Assembly (NCBI GenBank): GCA_951406725.2
Contig: OX597825.1
Coordinates: 71,424,001 to 71,488,000 of the forward strand
Direction of reading: 5' to 3'
DNA length: 64,000 nucleotides
Origin: Octopus vulgaris
Taxonomy: Eukaryota
A model generated the notes under the pieces. It worked only from the letters and a program-made list of their open reading frames with translations. It ran no database searches and was not told where the DNA came from. The translations under genes and the position numbers were made by a program. The first letter of the stretch is position 1, and every line of letters starts with the position of its first letter. Shown here piece by piece: positions 26,385 to 39,586 of this stretch.

Positions 26385-26855
26385 TTATTACTTTATCGCC
26401 CACAAGGGGACAAACACAGAGGAGACAAACAAGGACAGACAAACGGATTAAGTTGATTACATTGACCCCAGTGCATAACTGGTACTTAATTTATCGACCT
26501 CGAAAAGATGAAAGGTAAAGTCGACCTTGGTGGAATTTGAACTGAGAATGTAACGGCAGACGAAGTACCACTAAGCATTTCACCCGGCGTGCTAACGTTT
26601 CTGCCAGCTTGCTGCCTTGGCAGACAAAATACCTATTTCTTTACTACCCACAAGGGGCTAAACACAGAGGGGACAAACAAGGACAGACAAACGGATTAAG
26701 TCGATTATATCGACCCCAGTGCGTAACTGGTACTTAATTTATCGACCCCGAAAGGATGAAAGGTAAAGTCGACCTTGGCGGAATTTGAACTCAGAATGTA
26801 ACGGCAGACGAAATACCGCTAAGCATTTCGCCTGGTGTGCTAACGTTTGTGCCAC
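26385..26855 (-). mobile_element. Two tandem SINE family B copies
   Basis: Two ~230-bp units joined at aaatacc|tatttct (26633). Confidence 0.8.
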
Positions 26856-27646
26856 TAAGCCACTCATACCCCTCAACACTGATCCCATGTTGATGGGTAT
26901 GAGTATATAAATCTGCTTAAAAAAAAAAATCCAGCCTTGCAGCACAGCCATGTAAATACATGCAATATGCAGTGCCTTCCGGGTGGCTCAGCATGGTGAA
27001 TGGTTACCTGGGTGTAATTTTGCAGCACAAGCAGAAACTTCAACTGATTGCTGATCAGTGTTATCGCAGAGCAATCCGTGATTAACATAACAAGGTTTAC
27101 AATGAGTGTGCTGTGTTATCCCAGATTAGCAATGAAGGAATCAATGATAAATGAAGCTACAAGTGCTTGTACCATTAGTACTATAATAAAATAATACTAG
27201 TATAATTAGTAGAAAGTTTAGTAAAGGCTGTTAAACATTACTATAGCAACATAAGCGCAGAAACACAATATGCCAGTGATTATGAAATAAGTGTTATTCA
27301 AGTGTTATTTTATAAAATAAGTTGTACATTTAAATGTCAGCATACTGTGTTTGTGTTCTGAATGCAATTAAAAATTTTTAGGCTTGTTTAAAACAAAAAT
27401 CAGACTCTAAAAAAGAAAATATAGGGTTGACAACTGTAAAAATCATGTTTTTCATTTAAGCAGGCATAACTGTGTGGTAAGGAAGATTGTTTCCCAACCA
27501 TGAGGTATTGAATTCAATTTCACTTGGGAAAGCATTTTCTACTAAAGATAATAGCAGATCAATGCCTTGTGACTGAATTTGGTGCACAGAAACTATACAA
27601 AGCATGTTGTGTGCATGCATGCTAACAGTATGCTTTGTAAAATATA

Positions 27647-27879
27647 TTTCTTTATTGCCCACAAGGGGGATAAACATAGAGGGGACAAACAAGGACAGAC
27701 AAAGGGATTAAGTCGATTACATCGACCCCAGTACGAAACTGGTACTTTATCTATCGACCCCGAAAGGATGAAAAGCAAAGTCGACCTCGGCGGAATTTGA
27801 ACTCAGAACGTAACGGCAGACGAAATACGGCTACGCATTTCGCCCGGCGTGCTAACGTTTCTGCCAGCTCGCCGCCTCG
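27647..27879 (-). mobile_element. Young full-length SINE family B
   Basis: CpG-rich intact copy; 16-bp TSD tgctttgtaaaatata (27631-27646, 27880-27895). Confidence 0.9.
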
Positions 27880-29181
27880 TGCTTTGTAAAATATACATGC
27901 ATACATACATACATTACATACAAACTTGCATACATGCTGGAAGTCGATTTGTGACCAAGTAAGACCACTTCTTAAACCTGTTTCACTTCAAGAAACATCT
28001 GTTTGGTCTCCTTATTGCTGATGACATCTCATATGGCTTCTAAGGTTTGCAAGGGACCTACACGTCATTCCACACCAACTACAAGTCAAGCCTTCCAACA
28101 ATAGCCAGGATCTACAATATCAAGGGAGCTCACTGGCTGACCCACAAATTCTGCTACACTATGTGCACGAGAGAACATGTTGGATATTGCATTGGTAGAC
28201 GGGATTACCGTTGTGACTGTGCTTGTGGCCCAGTAGGTTAGCCTTCGAGAAGCAGATACATGCATACATACATACATCATCATCATTCATTTAACATCTA
28301 ATTTTTCCTGCTTGAATAGATCAAACAGAAATTCTGGAGACAGTTTTTCACATGGTTGGTTGCCCTTCCTGTTACCAACCATCACCTGTTTTCAAGCAAA
28401 GTAATATATTCCAATAACAAGATATATTCTTCAAGGAAGACTGGAAATGAACAACCTTGCTTGTACGATGATGATGATGATGTTTATTTATAACCATCAT
28501 GAGATGTTTAGACAAGGACACACACACACACACACACATACATGATGAACCTTTTTTGGTTTCCATCTACTAAGTCTGCTCACAAGACTTTGATTGACCA
28601 GGGAGCAGAAGACACCTGCCCAAGGCTCCACACAGTGAGACTGAACCCAAGACCAAATGGATGGGGAGCAAGCTTCTCAACCACACACCCATGTCCACAC
28701 CAGTAGTTACACCCACGTGTGTGTGTGTGTGTGTGTGTGCATGTGTGCGTGTGTGTGTATGTACGTGTGTGTGTGTGTGTTTTGAATGTTTAAATTCTGT
28801 GCTTTGCATTGAAAAATCACTGATATTTCCCTGTAAACAATTCATTCGAATGTGAAAAGAACGAAAAGTTTTTTTATTGGGGAAACATACAAGGATTAGC
28901 AACTGGAAAGATATCAAGCTGTGAAATAATGGCTTCAAATTTTGGCACAAGGCCAACAATTTTGGAGAAAGGGTAAGTCGATTATATCGACCCCTCAGTG
29001 CTCAACTGTTACACTTATATTGTCAACCCCAAAAGGATGAAAAGCAAAGTTGACTTCAGAAGACACTTGCCTAAGGCTCCACACAGTGGGACTGAACCCA
29101 AGACCAAATGGATAGGAAGCAAGCTTCTCAACCACACAGCCGTGTCCAATGTAAAGCTGGATGCCACTAAAGATGGATACC

Positions 29182-29406
29182 TATTTCTTTACTGCCCACA
29201 AGGGGCTAAACACAGAGGGGACAAACAAGGACAGACAAACAGATTAAGTCAATTATATATGACCCCAGTGCGTAACTGGTACTTATTTAATCGACCCCAA
29301 AAGGATGAAAGGCAAAGTCGACCTCAGTGGAATTTGAACTCAGAATGTAGCGGCAGACGAAATATTGCTAAGCATTTCACCCGGCGTGCTAACGTTTCTG
29401 CTAGCT
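29182..29406 (-). mobile_element. SINE family B inserted into an older copy
   Basis: 18-bp TSD ccactaaagatggatacc (29164-29181, 29407-29424). Confidence 0.85.
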
Positions 29407-29623
29407 CCACTAAAGATGGATACCACTAAGCATTTTGCTCAGTCTGCTAATGATTCTGTCAGCTCATCATCTTCCAGCTGTGAAATAATACCTTAGTAAA
29501 ATATCTGTCTAATTCAAGCTAATATGAAGAAAGCAAAAAAATGAATGCCATCTGGTCTTACACAACTTGACTGAAGCTAGGGCTATGCATGCCATCTAAT
29601 CAGATTGCATAAATTTGGATTTT

Positions 29624-30006
29624 GGAAGCACTCCGTCGGTTACGACGATGAGGGTTCCGGTTGATCCGATCAACGGAACAGCCTGCTCGTGAAATTAACG
29701 TGTAAGTGGCTGAGCACTCCACAGACACGTGTACTACCCTTAATGTAGTTCTCGGGAATATTCAGCGTAACACAGAGAGTGACAAGGCCGGCCCTTTGAA
29801 ATACAGGTACAACAGAAACAGGAAGTAAGATTGAGAGAAAGTTGTGGTGAAAGAGTACAGCAGGGATCACCACCATCCCTGCCGGAGCCTTGTGGAGCTT
29901 TAGGTGTTTTCGCTCAATAAACACTCACAACGCCCGATCTGGGAATCGAAACCACGATCCCACGACCGCGAGTCCACTGCCCTAACCACTGGGCCATTGC
30001 GCCTCT
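29624..30006 (-). mobile_element. tRNA-derived SINE with a family-D-related head and core but a different 3' half
   Basis: Minus-strand head GGCGCAATGGCCCAGTGGTTAGGGC...GTTTCGATTCC. Shares the aacacctaa(a)gctcca and ccacaactttctctca blocks with 56391-56700. Its 3' part has a hairpin gttgatc-c-gatcaac. Confidence 0.8.
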
Positions 30007-30212
30007 ACTGCATAAATATATGTATATAAACAGAGTCTATTGTCTGGTTGTGTAGGTTAGACAATATATGGAGAAAAATATGTGTGTAAATGTACTGTGG
30101 AATGATGGTAAGTAGTTGGTGAGTAAAATCTAAGCTTGTGTTCAATTACCTGCTGAATTCTTTTCCAATTTTTTATTTACATGCTATTTTATATATGTAT
30201 ATAGGCGTAATA

Positions 30213-30383
30213 GGCGTAGAAGTGTCTGTGTGGTAAGTAGCTTGCTTACCAACCACATGGTTCTGGGTTCAGTCCCACTGTGTGGTACCTTGGGCAAGTG
30301 TCTTCTACTATAGCCTCGGGCTGACCAAAGCGTTGTGAGTGGATTTGGTTGACGGAAACTGAAAGAAGCCTGTTGTATATATG

Positions 30384-30438
<55 letters not shown>

Positions 30439-30653
30439 ATATGTTTGTGTGTCTGTGTTTGTCCCCCCAACATCGCTTGACAACCGATGCTGGTGTGTTT
30501 ACATCCCCGTAACTTAGCAGTTCGGTAAAAGAGACCAATGTAATAAGTACTAGGCTTACAAAGAATAAGTCCCGGGATCGATTTGCTCGACTAAAGCTGG
30601 CGCTCCAGCATGGCCACAGTCAAATGACTGAAACAAGTCAAAGAGTAAAAGAG
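30213..30653 (+). mobile_element. SINE family A
   Basis: Full-length match to other family A copies. Confidence 0.85.
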
Positions 30654-30684
<31 letters not shown>

Positions 30685-31325
30685 AGGCAAGTGAGGATCA
30701 GAATCGAAATCGATCAATGGAAATTGCAGATGTGTTACCAGTGCCGGTGGCATGTAAGAGAACCTTCCGTTTCGCGACCATTGCCAGCGCCGCCCCGACT
30801 GGCCTCGTGCCGGTGGCACGTAAAAAGCACCATTTGTTCGTGGCCGTTTGCCAGCTCTGTCTGGCACCTGTGCGGGTGGCACGTAAAAAGCACCCACTAC
30901 ACTCACGGAGTGGTTGGCGTTAGGAAGGGCATCCAGCCGTAGAAACACTGCCAGATTTGACTGGGCCTGATGAAGCCTTCTGGCTTCACAGACCCCAGTA
31001 GAACCGTCCAACCCATGCTAGCATGGAAAACGGACGCTAAACGATGATGATGATGATGATATATATATATCTGCAATGATACACTACATGAAGTTGAAGC
31101 CTTTGGTAAGTGATTCAATGATTCATTAAGAGCCACAAGACATGTTAATTTTCCTTGTATGCTTTTTGAAGAAGAAAAAAATGTATAGAAAATATGATAT
31201 TGGCAGAGGTTATGTAGTACATTTTGGATTTAGGCTTTTAACTAAAATATTAAAAAAATAAAAAAAAACATGGCAGTTATTGATTAGTAAGCACCATTAC
31301 AAGAGCAACAAACAAAATTAACTAC

Positions 31326-31646
31326 CTGAACTTCTCTACCATCCAACTGAAGGTCATGTTCAAAGGCATTGTCCTTCTCCAGTTTATTTTCGTTAATCAA
31401 GTCACCCTTAATGATTTCTGGGGGTATTTTGTTTTCTATGGCTCCTTGATGGTCATTGGGAAGAAGACGTCCAGCGAGATTGTCTTCAACATTTACCCTC
31501 TCCAATGGTTGGTTTCCCTCATTATTCAGGCCATCGTTAAGGTTGAAGTCAGGAGGTATTTTGTTATTGCCACGTCTTCGGTTACTAAGCATGTTGAGGA
31601 TGTCGTTGTCCTCGTTTGACTGATTGGCATCAGCATTATCATCATT
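31326..31646 (-). CDS. Internal coding exon (321 nt, phase 0/0) of an unidentified host gene; acidic Asn/Asp/Glu-rich, probably disordered segment (NDDNADANQ...LQLDGREVQ)
   Basis: Non-repetitive open frame within ORF 31284-31682. On the minus strand: acceptor ...tctttgattctcAG| at 31648-31647 and donor CAG|GTAGTT at 31325-31324. Length is a multiple of 3 and the peptide is protein-like, with an NKIPP motif twice. Confidence 0.8.
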
Positions 31647-32452
31647 CTGAGAATCAAAGAGTACAGGAATTAGTTTTAACAAGTTGCCAAATCATAAAAT
31701 AGGTAATACAAGAGATGACATGCATCTTGTTTCTCCATTTTCATAGCTGACAGCTATGGCATGAAGACATATGGCAAAGTGGTTTGGGTGTTGGGCTTGT
31801 GAACATCAGATCATGGGTTCACATCTCAGCACATCCTTGAACAAAACACTTCATTTCATGCTACTTCAGTTCCACTCAGCTGAAAATGAAATGAAAACCA
31901 GTGATAGCTGTTGGAGGAAGAAGTTAATGTGATGGACTAGCATTCCATTCAGGGGAAGTTTGTACTCTCAGTGACTTAAATGTCACAGAAACCAAAATAA
32001 TCTCTGGCCTAATGGGCCTGTACATTCAAGACAAAAAGCTATAGAGGGCTTCTTTGTTACATTCCTCCAAGTAAATAATGAATCTTTATTGGCTTTGATG
32101 ATGCATATTCAGTTATCTGATCAATGAAGTACCTAATTAATATATATGAGCTGAAGTGGTTGAATATTCCACAGACACATATACTCCGTAAGTAGAATCA
32201 GTGTAACATAGTGAATGGGAAGGTCAGACCTTTGTATTGGGTTCAATGCATCTGATGGGCTTCTAAACAGTTCCTGTCTAGCCAGTATCATTCAGAAGAC
32301 ACTGATCAGTCTGAGACCACAGAACAGAAAAATAAACACATGCCTAAGATGCCATGCAGTGAGACTGAACCTGGACTCCTATGATTGTGAAGTAAATATC
32401 TTAACCATTCAACCATGCAGCTTCCCAAATGCTCACAACTATATATAACTAT

Positions 32453-32523
<71 letters not shown>

Positions 32524-32622
32524 CGACCAGGCTATCAGATGTTGCTACACATCGCTGGTCACAATTTGCTTCGCATTGTTTTAGCCTTTGAATGATGCCA
32601 CCCCGCTGGCTAAGCGAGCAGG

Positions 32623-32676
<54 letters not shown>

Positions 32677-33190
32677 GAGGCATGGCTATGATGTTTGCTT
32701 AGCAACCATGTGGTTTTTAGTTCTACCTCACTGTATGACAACATAAGCAAGTACCTGCTACTATAGCTTCAGACTTGCTCAATGCCTTTTGAATAAAACT
32801 GGCTGACAGAATATACACACGTAATTCTCTTGCAAAAATAAATAAATAAATTCAGCCTATTTCCAATTTTCTGTCAGATAGTAGCCAACATCCAATGGTT
32901 TCTCTCACTGGAATTTTTCTCCTTTTTTTGTTTTTTATCTCTGCCTTCCTTTTTCCAGTTTCTCCTTTTTTTGCTGCTACCCAAAAGAAAGACAAAGTCC
33001 AAACTATTGTAATCATCAATACTTTCCCTTCTCTCAAGGTTTCAAAATAATAACATCGATTCTGATCCTATCTTTTAATTTATATTTTGTTTATATGTTT
33101 ATATATACATATTAATATTTTATAGGCTTAAACCTTATAAGCAATCACTGTGTAATGATGAAAAACTACTATTTTCTTTAGTCATTACAC

Positions 33191-33410
33191 TAGTGCTTTT
33201 CAAACTTTTTGCTGGAACGGAACCCCCAAGGAAACATTCCACTGGCTTGAGGAACCCCTAATCAATAATTTAATAGTCTTATGCACACATATCTGCACAG
33301 GAGAATTAAAAATTACTGCTGATTTTAGCAGTTTTGTAACTTCTTGTGGAACCCTTGGACTGTACTGGCGGAACCCTAAGGTTCCGCAGAACCCTGGTTG
33401 AAAACCACTG
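33191..33410. mobile_element. hAT-type MITE
   Basis: TIRs tagtgcttttcaa / ttgaaaaccactg with a perfect 8-bp TSD cattacac (33183-33190, 33411-33418). Confidence 0.85.
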
Positions 33411-33537
33411 CATTACACAGTGACCACTTATAAGCTTTAAGCTTATAAAATATTATTATTATTTACAGAATTGTAAAAATTGACACTGCTTACCAAAAAC
33501 CATTGCATATATATATATGGACATATATATAGATATA

Positions 33538-33911
33538 ACAAGTAAAACGCACCCCCCACCGTCCAATGGACGGAGCTGAGTTGTCAGACATTTAAACCAA
33601 ATTTTTCAAAACAACTTGTCCGACCGTCCCATAGGCCTCCCCTTTGAGAAACACTGATTTAACCTAAATTTGAAACACCAGCAAAAGACAGATTTCAACT
33701 GATGTACTTGCGTGTACAAATGCACGTTCTCATGGCTTTATCGATCGCATTCTCACCTGGAATTGATTTTTGTAATTGTTTCAAGACTTATACATGCCCT
33801 GATACTGTCGGTATCTACATATCAAATTTGAGCGCAATCGGATGGAGGAAGCCCGAGATCCTAGAAGACACACACACACAGACAGACAGAATGGGTTTTA
33901 TATAATAGATT
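33538..33911 (+). mobile_element. Probable non-autonomous Helitron/Helentron-like element
   Basis: aaatttgagcgcaatcgg motif, then (CA)n(GACA)n and a tttatataatagat terminus, the layout typical of such elements. Confidence 0.45.
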
Positions 33912-33914
33912 ATA

Positions 33915-33969
<55 letters not shown>

Positions 33970-33970
33970 A

Positions 33971-34171
33971 ACATTATATAAAAGGGCTTAGTAAAATAAA
34001 TTACTTTGCCACATACTGAACTCATTAGAAATAGCAGCTAAAAAAATTTTTTAAACTATTTCTAATACTTTAAGTATTAGAAATAGTTTAAAAAATTTTT
34101 TTAGCTGCTATTTCTAATGAGTTCAGTATGTGGCAAAGTAATTTATTTTACTAAGCCCTTTTATATAATGT
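33971..34171. repeat. Near-perfect ~200-bp palindrome, related to the 10415 element
   Basis: The arms meet at aatactt-t-aagtatt; the tail 34172-34255 resembles 10702-10790. Confidence 0.9.
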
Positions 34172-34346
34172 AATAATTTGAATTCGCCTTAAATGGTCCC
34201 TTTACATACTGAATACTTGGTGAAATTGATTAATAATTAATTAATTTTACCCTCAATTGTTGAAATTATATATATATATATATATATAAATATAGATCGT
34301 TAGCTCCTACACACATTTTTTTTCTCTCCTTGTTTTTTCCTGTGTA

Positions 34347-34384
34347 TCTTTCTGTCAAAGAGCGTAGGCTCGAAACGTAAAAGA
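34347..34384 (+). ncRNA. Degenerate hammerhead-like motif in a (TA)n-flanked ~190-bp repeat (34298-34485)
   Basis: tcttt-CTGTCAA-a-GAGC-gtag-GCTC-GAA-ACGT-A-aaaga. Stem I tcttt/aaaga, stem II, palindromic stem III ACGU; core mutated. Confidence 0.4.
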
Positions 34385-35624
34385 CTTGTTCTATTTCTAT
34401 TCCTGAGCACCATACTAATACATTTGTTTGTTTGTACTCCACCTGCCTTCGTCTTTTGTTTATTTTCGTAAACCTTCCCGTTATATATATATATATATGT
34501 ATAAATATATATATTCCTGAAACAATTGTATAATTGTATATTAGTTTCTTGAGAAGATTCTCCTAACACTAACTAATCTGTTGCAAATTACAAACAGATT
34601 TTATTTATCTATGATTATCTAAAAAATCACTGAACACACTACAACCATTAGCTCCCTGACATACCATATCCTCCTCTACTCGGACTACAATGACACATGC
34701 TTCTCTCAATTAGCAAGTTGTGTACCATCATCACCCTGCATCTAAGCCTACTTGACACAACAACAAGCCATTGAGAGAATTTTTATATAGTTGTTAGACC
34801 AGCAAGAAAATTCAAAACACATTCTACTAATTTTTAAAAAATGGACCCAAATTGGTTAATAATCCTGGATGGTTTGTCTGAAAATAAGATAGGGTGGTTG
34901 TAGCTGGAACACCTTTGATCACAGGTTTACTCAATCTGGGTTGACCTGGAACTAAAAAAAAATAATTTAAAACTATTTTTTTTTTTGTTTGCCCTCTCTA
35001 CAGTTACTGACACCCACAAACTTGGTACAAAATACTCCACCAGGCTCTTTCATCACAGAGCCACAGAATGTCTATGCAGCAGCAAGATCTGCAAGAAATA
35101 ATAGCCAGATCTTCCTCAAATTACAATGTGGTCTAAGGTACACTGCCTGAAAAAAAACAAAAAAACAAGGTGTCCATAACTGAAACAGTTATAGGTTGAT
35201 TCAATCAGGCCTTAACCAAGGGCTAAACAACAACAACAACAACAACAACAGCAACAGCAGCAGCAGCAACAACAACAACAACAACTTCCTTCTTGTCCAA
35301 GTTTGGTCCCCTCACACAGTAACCTGAAAAAAAACTTACATTTAAATTGTTACCTCTAGGAGCGGCTGTGTGGTAAGTAGCTTGCTTACGAACCACATGC
35401 TTCTCTGTTAGCAAATGAACAAACAAATGAATGAGACTTGTGGGTCTCTGCATCTTGTCTTCTTCTAATCAGTTTCAGCAACTTTCAAAAGTTGGTTCAT
35501 TACTTAAATGGCTCTGTAGTTGTTTCTCTAGAGTTTCTACTTTCTCCTTGTAGCAGTTGTTGGTGGAACTGTTGCACTATGATCGGTTTCTGTGTTTCAT
35601 GAGCGACAATGTAAGTGAGTTACA

Positions 35625-36007
35625 TTCTTTTACTCTTTTACTTGTTTCAGTCATTTGACTGTGGCCATGCTGGAGCACCGCCTTTAATCGAGCAACTCGA
35701 CCCCGGGACTTATTCTTTTGTAAGCCCAGTACTTATTCTATCGGTCTCTTTTGCCGAACCGCTAAGTAACGGGGACATAAACACACCAGCATCGGTTGTC
35801 AAGCAATGCTAGGGGGACAAACACACACACACACATATATATATACGACAGGCTTCTTTCAGTTTCCGTCTACCAAATCCACTCACAAGGCATTGGTCGG
35901 CCTGGGGCTATAGCAGAAGACACTTGCCCAAGATGCCACACAGTGGGACTGAACCCGGAACCATGTGGTTGGTTAGCAAGCTACTTACCACACAGCCACT
36001 CCTGCGC
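35625..36007 (-). mobile_element. SINE family A
   Basis: Full-length reverse-complement copy. Confidence 0.85.
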
Positions 36008-36014
36008 ATTGTTA

Positions 36015-36730
36015 AATATTTTAAGCATCTCAGTGATTATCACTGCTGATCCAGCTTTCTTTCCTTCCTTCATTTCCATAATGGTGCTTTCAACTATATG
36101 GGTATTAATTTCAATGGTCTGAAGTCCTTCTCCAATATCCATTTGAGGCAAACTTTCTTTTTCTCTCTCTCACCCTCCTCATTCAGCAACCTCTTATAAC
36201 AGTATTTTCATGTTGATTTCTTATTGGCATCAGTGAGGATAATTGTGTTGCTCTCAATTTAAGGCACACTTCTTCCTCATTGCCATCTCAATTATCCCTA
36301 GCACCACTATCTTGCATTACATAGAAAAACAAAACAAAACAAAAAGAAAAAATACCTCATGCCTCATATTGCAGAGCATGTATAAACCTCTTACTTTTAA
36401 ATTATTCCCTCGTTAACTATAGCTGACATTTACATACTTGGTACTGATCTCTGGCGGCCGTTTCTTCTACTCATTCCATACTTGTTTCTTAGCTTTTATA
36501 GTGCAATCTATAGTACAATTCCACCATGATGTCACCTCCCATCTGGTTGGGACCTTGGATCAGCCAAAAATCTGGTTTGTAGTTTTCTGCAGGGTATCTT
36601 GTAGACACTTCCAATTGTCCTTTAAGTCTCTATCTCTTCCCCCTGATGTCATATATAAGTTAACTAACACTTTTCTGAACATATACTGGTCAAGAGGTTT
36701 TCTCACATCCCTTCTTCAGATTGTTTAGAG
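36015..36730 (-). mobile_element. Old RTE LINE fragment (region between endonuclease and RT)
   Basis: Minus-strand translation DNWKCLQDTLQKTTNQIFG*SKVP..VTSWWN..IKAKKQVW and MKEGKKAG..IITEMLKI parallels the RTE at 23 kb. Confidence 0.65.
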
Positions 36731-37445
36731 ACTAATCATTACTAGCTTATGTTAGGTGATATGTTTGTTAGAAAAAGAAACACTTAGCATTAATATGTTT
36801 TCTATTGAGCATGAAGTCTATCAGGCTTTTGTATTTGCTTAATTAATAACTGATCAGGTAGCTGACTGGTTTCCTTAGGTTAGTGTTGCAATGTTTTACA
36901 CACACACGCATGCATATATGCTGAGGCATATTCATATGTATTCAAATATGTGAGTGTGTGTGTGTGTGTGTGTGAGTGTGTGTATAAGACTCATCAAGCC
37001 AAGTGAAATCATGGATGTGGTCAGTGGTGGTGACACATAAACGGTAGCCACTACACTTTTGGAGTGGTTGGCATTAGGAAGGGCATCCAACCATAAAAAT
37101 CAAGTCAAATCAGACCGGAACTAAGTACAGTTATCCAGTCTACCAGTTCTAGTCAAACTGTCTAACCCATGCCAGCATGGAAACCAGATGCTAAATGATG
37201 ATGATGATGATGATGATGATATATATGTATATATATTCATTGAAGTTTTGTGTTTGAAGGAGTAAATGACACTGATGAGCAAACAAATTGTGAAATATTG
37301 GTATACGTTACTCTCGTTCACTTCCAGAGTGATTTCGTTTCACCTACCTTTGAGGTATGTTGCATTTCCCAACATTATATGTCTTTAAAGAGATCTCCTT
37401 TAAGGTAAAATCTTGCCGCTTTGTAGCATTTAACAACACACACAT

Positions 37446-37476
<31 letters not shown>

Positions 37477-37859
37477 TATATATACACACACAAAAAAAAG
37501 AACATGCATGGCTCAGTGGTTAACATATTGAGCTCACAATCATGGGGTAGTGAATTCGATTCCCAGACTGGGCTGTGTTGTATTCTTAAAGAGGCACTTC
37601 ATTTCATGTTGCTCCAGTTCACTTATCTGTAGAAATGAGTTGCAATACCACTGGTGCCGAGCTGTATCAGCCTTTGCTTTTCCCTTGGATAACTTTGGTG
37701 GCATGGAGAGGGAAGGCTGGTGTGCATAGGTGACTGCTGGTCTTCCATAAACAACCTTGTCCAGACTTATACCTCAGAGGGGAATCCCATGGCCATTCAT
37801 GACTGAAGGAGGTCTTTTACCTTTCATACACTCAACACTCTGTTCAACAGGTCAATAAC

Positions 37860-38535
37860 AGAACTGAGAGCTGTGTGTGGGTGAACAGGAAGGACTGCAT
37901 GGCCACTCCTAACCTCTTCAAATGTGTCATTCATTATCTGATGATCAAAGTCTGCAAGTGAGTTTCTGGCATTACCCTCAGGAACTACCCTTACCAAGCT
38001 GCACTGTGCACCCTATTCAGTAATTCAATTGACTTGCACAGGTCAATGCACAGACCATATATTCAAAGGAATCAGCAAAGCTTGGCCTTCAGATGCATTG
38101 AATCTAATTCAGATGTTTGACCCGCCTCCACTCCATGCTGGATCCTAACGTCAAGGGGTTTGTCATCTCCCTCATCTATCTGGACTCCACAGTCACCAAC
38201 AATGGAGACCTGACCTTGGAGATTAACTGCAGATGTGGTCTGGCCACTGGGGTCATGTACTCCCTATGAAAGTCCCTTTGGCATCACTGATCTATCTTTC
38301 GGAAGACAAAGCTGTGCCAGTCCTCTCCATTCTCTTCTATGGAGCAGAAATGTGGCTCTTCATGAAGACCCTGGCAAAGGGGATTGACAGCTCTTATAGC
38401 AGAGACCTGGGAGAATATCAGATGTACCATCATGTTTCCAACTAAGAACTGTGTGCATGCATCTGCCTGCAGCTTCCCACCTCATAGCAATCTACCACAT
38501 GTTGGTAAGGACATGTCCTCTGCCTTCTACCAGGG
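37860..38535 (+). mobile_element. Old RTE-like RT fragment (related piece at 39120-39420)
   Basis: IYLDSTVTNNGD..EINCRCGLA and VLSILFYGAEMW motifs. Confidence 0.55.
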
Positions 38536-38657
38536 CCTCACTGATCCTATCTATACAAGACTATATTAATACACAAATACTAGCAAAAGCAATAAAAAAT
38601 TGTATCATTACTTAAATATTTCAATAAATTTTAAAAGTATTATATATGTATTATATA

Positions 38658-38828
38658 GGCGCAGGAGTGGCTGTGTGGTAAGTAGCTTGCTAACCAACCA
38701 CATGGTTCAGGGTTCAGTCCCACTGCATGGCACCTTGGGCAAGTGTCTTCTGCTATAGCTCCAGGCCGACCAATGCCTTGTGAGTGGATTTGGTAGACGG
38801 AAACTGAAAGAAGCCCGTCGTATATATG

Positions 38829-38860
<32 letters not shown>

Positions 38861-39080
38861 CGTGTATGTTTGTGTGTCTGTGTTTGTCCCCCTAGCATTG
38901 CTTGACAACCGATGCTGGTGTGTTTACGTCCCTGTTACTTAGCAGTTCGGCAAAAGAGACCGATAGAATAAGTACTGGGCTTACAAAAAGAATAAGTCCC
39001 GGGGTTGAGTTGCTCGATTAAAGGCGGTGCTCCAGCATGGCCGCAGTCAAATGACTGAAAAGAGTAAAAGAGTAAAGAGT
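38658..39080 (+). mobile_element. SINE family A
   Basis: Full-length copy with an agagtaaa tail. Confidence 0.85.
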
Positions 39081-39586
39081 ACTTACACATGTATATGTTC
39101 AGAATGTGCATGTAATATGTGGGCTGTAAAAGGTCCTGTCGGAGGTGCTACACCAGATGGCTGGATGTGAGTAAGGAAGATTTCCAGAGGCTCAACATTA
39201 TCTTGGCCCCCATTGTCGAGGAGTTTGTCAGCTCCTTCATCTACCTGGACTCCACAGTCACCAACAATGAAGATCTGACCTTGGGGATCAAATGCAGATG
39301 TGGTCTGGATGTAGAAATGCAGAAGGACAGGCATTGGGACTGCCAGTAATGATGGACCTGGTCAGCTCTACACATGATGACACCTCTGGGACCACTAACC
39401 TGGGTTGACCCCAGCCCCATCAAGCAAGAACATGAAGCAAACAAAAAGCAAGCAAGAAGCACATATACACACACACACACATCATCCCATTTGTAAGTCT
39501 TTGGGAATGTGTGTGTGAGAACAAGAATGTATTCAGAAATACATTAAGTGTGTGTGTGTGTGTATATATTTACGTACACAGTTATA

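Noticed and set aside
32852-33037. ORF resembling a signal peptide plus basic stretch
   Set aside because: Purine/pyrimidine-skewed low-complexity sequence without clear splice sites.
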